This document shows, piece by piece, positions 57,937 to 64,000 of a stretch of 64,000 bases of DNA. Each line of letters starts with the position of its first letter. Positions within the stretch are counted from its first letter, which is position 1. Below the pieces are notes generated by a model, which saw only the letters and a program-made list of their open reading frames with translations, was not told the origin of the DNA and made no database searches. Origin of the DNA: a virus; the IMG/VR virus record IMGVR_UViG_3300023202_000163, positions 14,117 through 78,116 of that record; one strand, 5' to 3'. The position numbers were made by a program, and so were the translations under genes.

Positions 57937-58963
57937 TCCAAATCCAGGATATATATTTAGAGCAGCTCCTCAGTCTGTACAGGAAGCTGTTTCTAGGGCC
58001 AGTCATGATAGAATAAAATCTGTTACAAAACAGGCCATACAGTACTATATACAGCAGTTCATGAATACAGATGGGGTAAAGCGGTCTGTTACCGAGGCTG
58101 TGGGTTCTCTGTCTAAACTTTTTATAACAGACACGGAAACCTTAACTACAGATCCTACCTTACGACCGACTCAGTTAGCTCGTTATTATAACGACATACG
58201 AGAAAGACTGCCTGCAATATTAATCGTAGATTCCGGCATGGAATACGTAGACCCAGGCTTAAATGTCATGGACCATGCAACTAATTTTGGAGCCCGCGAT
58301 GAATTTGGAAATCCGAAACTTTGGCAGGGGCAATTTCCCCTGACTTATAATATCCCTATAACTATTGTATGTGCTGCGGCAGACCAGGAATCAGCGGATG
58401 CTTTAGGGTCTTTTTTAACTTTAATCTTTGGTCCCTTGAGGAACTTTAGCGGAGGTCAGAGAATTACAGGTAGAGACGATAAAGGAGATACTTGGGAAGT
58501 TAGATTACCTTTAACGTTCTCTCCGTCTCCCACTACAAATAGTGCCATCAATGACGACCCGAAAGATTCAGTATGGGCTATGACTATAGATATGTTAGTA
58601 CAATTCGAGGATAGAATAATTCTTCAACAAGAATTAGCAGAAATAGCGTTTCCTGTGGGACAAATTACAAATAATCCAAATTTAGGTGGCCCCGGGGGAA
58701 CAATTTCCCCGGAAATCGAATTTCCGGAAGAAATTAAATTAAATGAAACTAAACAAATTAGAGTTAGAAATATACAAAATGGACAAAGGGTTGTTTTGTC
58801 TGACGCTAAAATTGCAGTTTTTGACCCAGAAACATTATTTGTAACTGCAAAAAGACTCGGTTCTTTCGAAATTCAGGTTTTTGATAGAAGACATAGACAA
58901 ACTTCCGGGGCTGCTTTGGCTCCAGAAGTAATTGCAAAAAAAGCTGTAAAGGTGGTTTTATAA
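57923..58963 (+). CDS. Putative tail completion/terminator protein
   Basis: RLPAILIV...ITIVCAAADQESADAL pattern, C-terminal Ig-like segment, directly before the sheath gene. Confidence 0.55.
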   Translation: MSENNPNPGYIFRAAPQSVQEAVSRASHDRIKSVTKQAIQYYIQQFMNTDGVKRSVTEAVGSLSKLFITDTETLTTDPTLRPTQLARYYNDIRERLPAILIVDSGMEYVDPGLNVMDHATNFGARDEFGNPKLWQGQFPLTYNIPITIVCAAADQESADALGSFLTLIFGPLRNFSGGQRITGRDDKGDTWEVRLPLTFSPSPTTNSAINDDPKDSVWAMTIDMLVQFEDRIILQQELAEIAFPVGQITNNPNLGGPGGTISPEIEFPEEIKLNETKQIRVRNIQNGQRVVLSDAKIAVFDPETLFVTAKRLGSFEIQVFDRRHRQTSGAALAPEVIAKKAVKVVL

Positions 58964-58979
58964 AATTTTTATGAATAAG

Positions 58980-58995
58980 ATTTTAGCTATTATAT
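58980..58995 (+). promoter_or_regulatory. Candidate phage late promoter
   Basis: ATTTTAGCTATTATAT, identical to 27131-27146, upstream of the sheath gene. Confidence 0.6.
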
Positions 58996-59079
58996 ATCTT
59001 TTATGTAGTGATTGCGAGTATGCTTGCGACCGAGCGTTGACTTAATAAACAGAGTTTCTAGTAAAGGGATTGCGTAAAT

Positions 59080-62000
59080 ATGGCTAACCCAAGTTTTCGA
59101 TTAGTAAATACAAGATACGTACCTCCTGGGGTATACATCGGGCAGCTTATTCTTCCCACACCTACAAACCTTACAGCAGACGCTCGTCTTCCTGCTTTTA
59201 TAGGGGTAGGTAACAGGTTAGCAGAAGGTAAAAATATTGCGATTAGACGATCATTTATATTTGAAGAAAGTCTATCTTTTACCCCTACTGCTCCACATAG
59301 GGCACAATTAGATTTCAACGCCGATCAGGACCAAAATGCTCCAGGTATTCAGCTAAGAAAGCAAGATGGGACTATAGTTAGATCCGACTTCTGGTTCTTT
59401 AGCGAAAGTATTCCAGGTTCTGGAGTCTTCGACCAAGTTACTATCTCTTCTGAAAATTTTGACCCTACTGCTTCTTATGAGCTAGACTATCAGTCTATCG
59501 AAAGAACTCCGCAAGATGTAATTCCTGTAGAAGAACTTCGAGAAGTTGTAGACGTAGGTCTATCCGAAGACGCTCCTCAATTCAGAGAAAACTTGGACTT
59601 CTTCATCGTAACTGATCTAACCGACGTAGTGGCGGATTCTCAGAACCCAAATAATGATTCTGTTTTAGAAGCCCCTGTGCAAGTTTCTGGCTCCGGTGCT
59701 GGAGTTATAACTCAAAGCACAACATCTCAGTTTAATCATAATTACAATCGTTACTACGAGTTTGAAGTAACTTCTGCCACTGGTTCTTTAGGGGCGGGGG
59801 ACAGAGTGGTTACGCTTGCCTTTACTAGTTCACCTGTGAGCGGCGGTAATGGAGCACTTCCTCCAAGACCGCTAAACCCTGTTGAGCAGCGACCTACTAT
59901 TACAGTGCATGAGGCCGGACATCCTTCGCCCCCAGTCGGGGCGGTATCCCCGTTTAACGTCGAGATAGAGCTGGGTATAGAGCTTGATTTTGCTTGGCCA
60001 GCGGCAGGATCTCCAGACAATTTCGTAGTAGGTGACGTATTTACGTTCCATGGATTTGGTCCTGGGTTAGTAGAGGAAGACGCACGCTATAACAATACAA
60101 ATCAATTTCCAGAAGTGACTGGAATTGTTGTAGGTGACGATAATACAGGATCGGGATCTATATCTATATCTTCAAATTCTACGTTTAACAGAGATTTTAA
60201 CACAGGTTTCTCTTTCCGCGTCATTGGAGTTTCTGGATCCGCACCCAATAGACAAGTTACATTTGCTTGGTCTACCTTCCTAGAGCTTGGACCAAGTGCC
60301 TCTTTTACAGCGGACGAAGCTACTCCAGCAACTTTGACGGAAACCTTAGCTTTTGGGATTAGTATAGACATCGATTTTGGCGGGTCTAATTTTGTGGTAG
60401 GTGACGAATTTGCTTTCATAGCCAAAGCACCTCGTTTACTTTACTCCGGTAAAGACAATAGAGCGTACACTCTTACACACGGGTCTGCTCTAAACATTGT
60501 AGCTCCTGCGGAGAATCCTAATGGTTCCGGTCCGCTTACGGGCAATAATGTTGTCGGAGTAGTAGAAGGTGAATTTAGAACTGACACACCAGAAGGAGGT
60601 TTTGGCACCTATCTAGTAAGGCAGCAAAATTACTTTGATCCGTTAACTCCGGATACCCAAACAGGTCATTTCTTGTTCCCAGATAATGTTAGAATGGCCT
60701 TTAGAAACATGACTCGCGGAGACGGGGCAGTTGGTAATAGACACACTGGAGGAGACATATTTAATTTCTCTGCTATAGACGAAAATAAAATAGACTGGTC
60801 TCTAGTACAGCAAAGAGAGCAAGAATTTGAAGTTGATGACATAATTATAGATGTTAACGGTACAGTAACTGGTACTCCTGGTCAATCTTATGTAATCTTG
60901 TCAGAGTTATTCGAACCGGCTTCTGTCTTGGTAGAAACCACTTCAGGACAAAATGCTGTTTCTTCTTTAGAAATACCGGGGACATCTTTCATAGCTTTTC
61001 CGGTTCCCCCTACGGAAACATTTACAGTTTCTTTCGAAACTAGGGGAGATGAGCCGGACCCAGGTCAGCTATATTTCTTTACTGGAAACTTCCTGCGTGG
61101 AGAAGATCTATACAACACACCTATCCTTGTACTTGACAGGGACTCTGGTAGAACCCTTCTGGGTCCTGCAAGCGTAGATAACCATCTACACATAGCAAAC
61201 GAATTAGCTTTCGATAATAATGTATTTGGGGCCTACTACATACAAGTTAGAGATGCCGACGAAGACGGTGTTTTCCAGCAGACTGATTTCAAAACGGCTC
61301 TGTTATCTACGGAAGATGTTGATAACATTACCGATCGTATTGTCCTTTCTAGACAAGACGCTTGGGGGGATCAGCTTGCAGTCAACGAAAGAGCTAACGA
61401 CCCCTTTGCTAGAAGAGAGTCCCTAGATTGGTTCGGTGCTCCTATAGGCACTCCTATAGGGGATAGAAGAACTCCAGACACTTTGAGATTTATAGCAGAT
61501 AAAACTCTGAGAGTGTTTGGACAGTCGCCCTCTCACGGTACAAGAATTCTTGTAGCTCCTACCTTTGCAGATGTAAACGTAGTCTTGCAAGGTGGGGAAA
61601 CAGTAAGAGTAACGGTAGACGGTTCTTTCGTTGCAGCAGCTTTGGCTTCCCTAACGGCAAGCTTTGCTGACCCAGCAAATACTGTCTTGAAGAAAAACCT
61701 TTCTGGTTTCCAATCGGTACAGACTTACACACCGAAAGAAAATGCTCTCCTTGGTGACTCTGCTCTAGTTTTCTTTACAGACCTTGGAAATGGCATAGTA
61801 AGAATCGAGGAAGATACAACTGTAGACACTTTTGCAATAGATTTCTATCTAATCTCAGCGATGACTCAGAAGCAATTTGTTACTAAAGTTGTCAGAAGAG
61901 AGATGGAAAACGCAGTAATATCTCTAGTCGTTCCGAGTGCTGAAGCTGGAGTTGGAATTATTCGAGCGGCCCTTAGTGGTATTCTTCTGGGACTATTAGG

Positions 62001-62196
62001 TAGGGGAATTATCGGGCAGTATGAGGACGATAATCAAAATGTGCGGAAATTTGACCCACAGGCTGATGTTGTAGTCTTCAGAGATACAGCAGATCCTACT
62101 CTTTACCACATGTTCTACGCATTTTTCTTACGACTGCCTATAAAGAGAGTTTTCGGCCTCTTTACAGTAAATACAAACGATTTTGGGGCTAACTAA
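59080..62196 (+). CDS. Contractile tail sheath protein
   Basis: N-terminal YVPPGVYI; C-terminal DGSFVAAALA...RIEEDTT...LPIKRVF; followed by the tube gene. Confidence 0.88.
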   Translation: MANPSFRLVNTRYVPPGVYIGQLILPTPTNLTADARLPAFIGVGNRLAEGKNIAIRRSFIFEESLSFTPTAPHRAQLDFNADQDQNAPGIQLRKQDGTIVRSDFWFFSESIPGSGVFDQVTISSENFDPTASYELDYQSIERTPQDVIPVEELREVVDVGLSEDAPQFRENLDFFIVTDLTDVVADSQNPNNDSVLEAPVQVSGSGAGVITQSTTSQFNHNYNRYYEFEVTSATGSLGAGDRVVTLAFTSSPVSGGNGALPPRPLNPVEQRPTITVHEAGHPSPPVGAVSPFNVEIELGIELDFAWPAAGSPDNFVVGDVFTFHGFGPGLVEEDARYNNTNQFPEVTGIVVGDDNTGSGSISISSNSTFNRDFNTGFSFRVIGVSGSAPNRQVTFAWSTFLELGPSASFTADEATPATLTETLAFGISIDIDFGGSNFVVGDEFAFIAKAPRLLYSGKDNRAYTLTHGSALNIVAPAENPNGSGPLTGNNVVGVVEGEFRTDTPEGGFGTYLVRQQNYFDPLTPDTQTGHFLFPDNVRMAFRNMTRGDGAVGNRHTGGDIFNFSAIDENKIDWSLVQQREQEFEVDDIIIDVNGTVTGTPGQSYVILSELFEPASVLVETTSGQNAVSSLEIPGTSFIAFPVPPTETFTVSFETRGDEPDPGQLYFFTGNFLRGEDLYNTPILVLDRDSGRTLLGPASVDNHLHIANELAFDNNVFGAYYIQVRDADEDGVFQQTDFKTALLSTEDVDNITDRIVLSRQDAWGDQLAVNERANDPFARRESLDWFGAPIGTPIGDRRTPDTLRFIADKTLRVFGQSPSHGTRILVAPTFADVNVVLQGGETVRVTVDGSFVAAALASLTASFADPANTVLKKNLSGFQSVQTYTPKENALLGDSALVFFTDLGNGIVRIEEDTTVDTFAIDFYLISAMTQKQFVTKVVRREMENAVISLVVPSAEAGVGIIRAALSGILLGLLGRGIIGQYEDDNQNVRKFDPQADVVVFRDTADPTLYHMFYAFFLRLPIKRVFGLFTVNTNDFGAN

Positions 62197-62223
62197 CCCA
62201 AAGAATTATCTAGGAGCTAAGTA

Positions 62224-62607
62224 ATGAACGGATCCAAATTAGTAACACTGTGCAGAATTGCTGCGCATTTGGATAAAGAAGAAGTTGGGAAACATGCCCT
62301 GGCTGCTCAAATATACGAAGTTTTAGCCAAACAAGTACAATTATCTCCAGAAGGTAAAAAGTTACTTGAAAATTTCTTTGGTTTCGGGGTAAACGGAGAA
62401 GAAGACTTCAAAGTAGGGGAGTTTGGTGAAAGAGTTCCCGAAGCGGATTACCAGACAAAAAGAGACCCATTTCTAGATAATCCGACAGAGCGCGGTCCGG
62501 AACCCAAAAGTGACATGTTAGCGCAGGTAGAAGCTACGGCTGTTGAACTTGAAAATCGGGGAGAATTTGTACTTGCTCGCGATATAAGAAATTCTTTTGG
62601 GGCCTAA
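62224..62607 (+). CDS. Small protein with two helix-Gly-helix tags
   Basis: LCRIAAHLDKEEVGKHALAAQI and ATAVELENRGEFVLARDI; AGGAG RBS. Confidence 0.8.
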   Translation: MNGSKLVTLCRIAAHLDKEEVGKHALAAQIYEVLAKQVQLSPEGKKLLENFFGFGVNGEEDFKVGEFGERVPEADYQTKRDPFLDNPTERGPEPKSDMLAQVEATAVELENRGEFVLARDIRNSFGA

Positions 62608-62672
62608 ATCGGCCTCTACCGTTAGTAACGTACTAAACAGCACTTTACCGTGCTATGGAGGATTATCAAAAA

Positions 62673-63493
62673 ATGCCTAATCCATCGCCTCAATAGGGGC
62701 CTTCAGGGAGAAATCCTTGTTGCAAATTCGGTGAATTCGGGGAAACCCCAAACAGATAAAGCTGTGGGCAATCCCGAGCGAAGCCAAGAGGGAAACTTCT
62801 TGGAACGTGTAACGACTAGACCAGAGCCTAAAGCTTAAAGCCATGGCAGTAATGGTCACTCTGTTAGAGTAATCTTCCAGAGAAGCGCCGGACATCCGTA
62901 AGGATGATGATATAGTCTGAGCCACAGTGAAACCTGTGGAGGTTGGCAGAGATGACCAATCCCGTCTTTTTGACGAGTAACAAAACCTGTTTGCTACTAA
63001 TGCATTCGACGTAACCGTTCAGCCCCTTGAACAAGGAGCTGCTGGTGCCCCTACGACTAAAACCTACCATGGTTTGTCTATAGTCGTTGATGGAAATATT
63101 GTAGGTCGAATACAGTCATGGCAACCAAATGCTTACACTCGTGAAGGTAATCATATCAGAGAACTGTCGCACGTAACTTGGGGCCGTCCTATCGATTACG
63201 TGCCTGGACAAGCTACTGGCTATACCATCTCCTTTACCAGGGTTGAAGTATGGAATCAGGAGCTAGAGTTGACTCTAGGCTTTGGTGCCCTGTTTGACGA
63301 TTTAATGGACCAAACTAGACCTTGGGTAACACAAGAATATCTGTTCAGGGGAACAGAATTGAATAAACTTTGGCAGTATAGTGGATGCTGGTTTACTTCG
63401 AAAAATAACAACAACTGGGAAGCAAGTGGGGATCCTACTATTACAGTAGAGGCGGAACTAGCTTATGTTTCTCGTTTAAGAGTGGCGGGATAA
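62673..63493 (+). CDS. Tail tube protein, spliced (exons 62673-62690 and 62990-63493; 173 aa)
   Basis: GGAGGA RBS, MPNPSP joins in frame to FATNAFDVTVQP...GLSIVVDGNIVGRIQSW; tube-like motifs IRELS, YSGCWF; follows the sheath gene. Confidence 0.85.
62691..62989 (+). ncRNA. Group I intron, 299 nt, no ORF
   Basis: P1 GCCU/GGGC with U.G at the 5' splice site; P3 UUCGGUG/CGCCGGA; P4 UUCGGG/CCCGAG; P7 GACUA/UAGUC within GAUAUAGUC; P8 CAUCC-GUAA-GGAUG; P9 hairpins; terminal G at 62989. Confidence 0.9.
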
Positions 63494-63497
63494 TATA

Positions 63498-64000
63498 TTG
63501 TCCTGGAGAAGAAGAAGAAATAGTAATAAACGTAAAAGTAAAGCTGTAGCGTATAACTTATGTTGGGCTACATTCTCTAAAGAAGCTTTACCTTCTAGTT
63601 TGACGGACAATCCGCAGGATTCTGACGATGCTGTCGATCATTCAGAAAAACAAGACGGAAAAGCGACTAATTCTTATCCACACTCTAGAAAAAAAGTAAA
63701 AAGTTTCACAGCTTACGCAACCGATTGGGATACCTTATTAGATTCTAACGGAATCCCTACCGACGGTACTCCTCCCGATCCGCTACAGTCACAAAAAATG
63801 GCAGAACAGATGGAAATACCTTCTATAGACGAGGAGGGTCAGGGACTTGGACAAGCTCCAGGTAGTGGGTCACCCCAAACCCCTCCGGGATTAAAACCAA
63901 CTCCCCCTGGGGCTCATGATAAAGCCGCTCAAAAAAGAAGAGCAGGCCGAGGGATAGAGGGCGAAGAAGGTGCAGGTTTAGGGTGCAGCACTGGCCCATC
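63498..64000 (+). CDS. Partial ORF running off the window, disordered, with two LxW tags
   Basis: TTG start, LSWRRRRNSNKRKSKAVAYNLCWATFSKEA..., no stop before 64000. Confidence 0.7.
   Translation, partial: MSWRRRRNSNKRKSKAVAYNLCWATFSKEALPSSLTDNPQDSDDAVDHSEKQDGKATNSYPHSRKKVKSFTAYATDWDTLLDSNGIPTDGTPPDPLQSQKMAEQMEIPSIDEEGQGLGQAPGSGSPQTPPGLKPTPPGAHDKAAQKRRAGRGIEGEEGAGLGCSTGP

Noticed and set aside
62650-63070. Short ORFs 62650-62838, 62677-62925, 62864-63070 and the TTG start at 63074
   Set aside because: Explained by the group I intron; the tube reading frame extends upstream to the 3' splice site.

Overview
This window is the virion-morphogenesis region of a large, AT-rich tailed phage with a contractile tail (jumbo-myovirus-like), read in the standard genetic code. 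Gene order: neck/head-completion genes (minus strand), RuvC-like resolvase, HTH regulator, putative TerS, TerL, portal, Fe/Mn superoxide dismutase, prohead protease, scaffold, capsid accessory protein and major capsid protein. These are followed by six collagen-like (G-X-T rich) fibre genes with a LamG lectin and a four-domain methyltransferase/GT2/TPR/GT9 enzyme, an Acb1/57B-like 2H phosphoesterase, tail completion protein, tail sheath and tail tube. Selfish elements are dense: six LAGLIDADG inteins (two in TerL, two in portal, one in each neck gene), free-standing GIY-YIG and HNH endonucleases, a decayed HNH relic, and a 299-nt group I intron after codon 6 of the tail tube gene, which the ORF track misses. 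Two candidate undescribed systems stand out. (1) Short recurring peptide tags on unrelated proteins (A-x-[ND]-L-x-W; a helix-Gly-helix tag; FDT[ED] on fibres) may route cargo, including an anti-CBASS-like enzyme, into or onto the virion. (2) A BclA/exosporium-like module may let the phage glycosylate its own collagen coat. All functional calls come from motif recognition by eye; no database searches were run.
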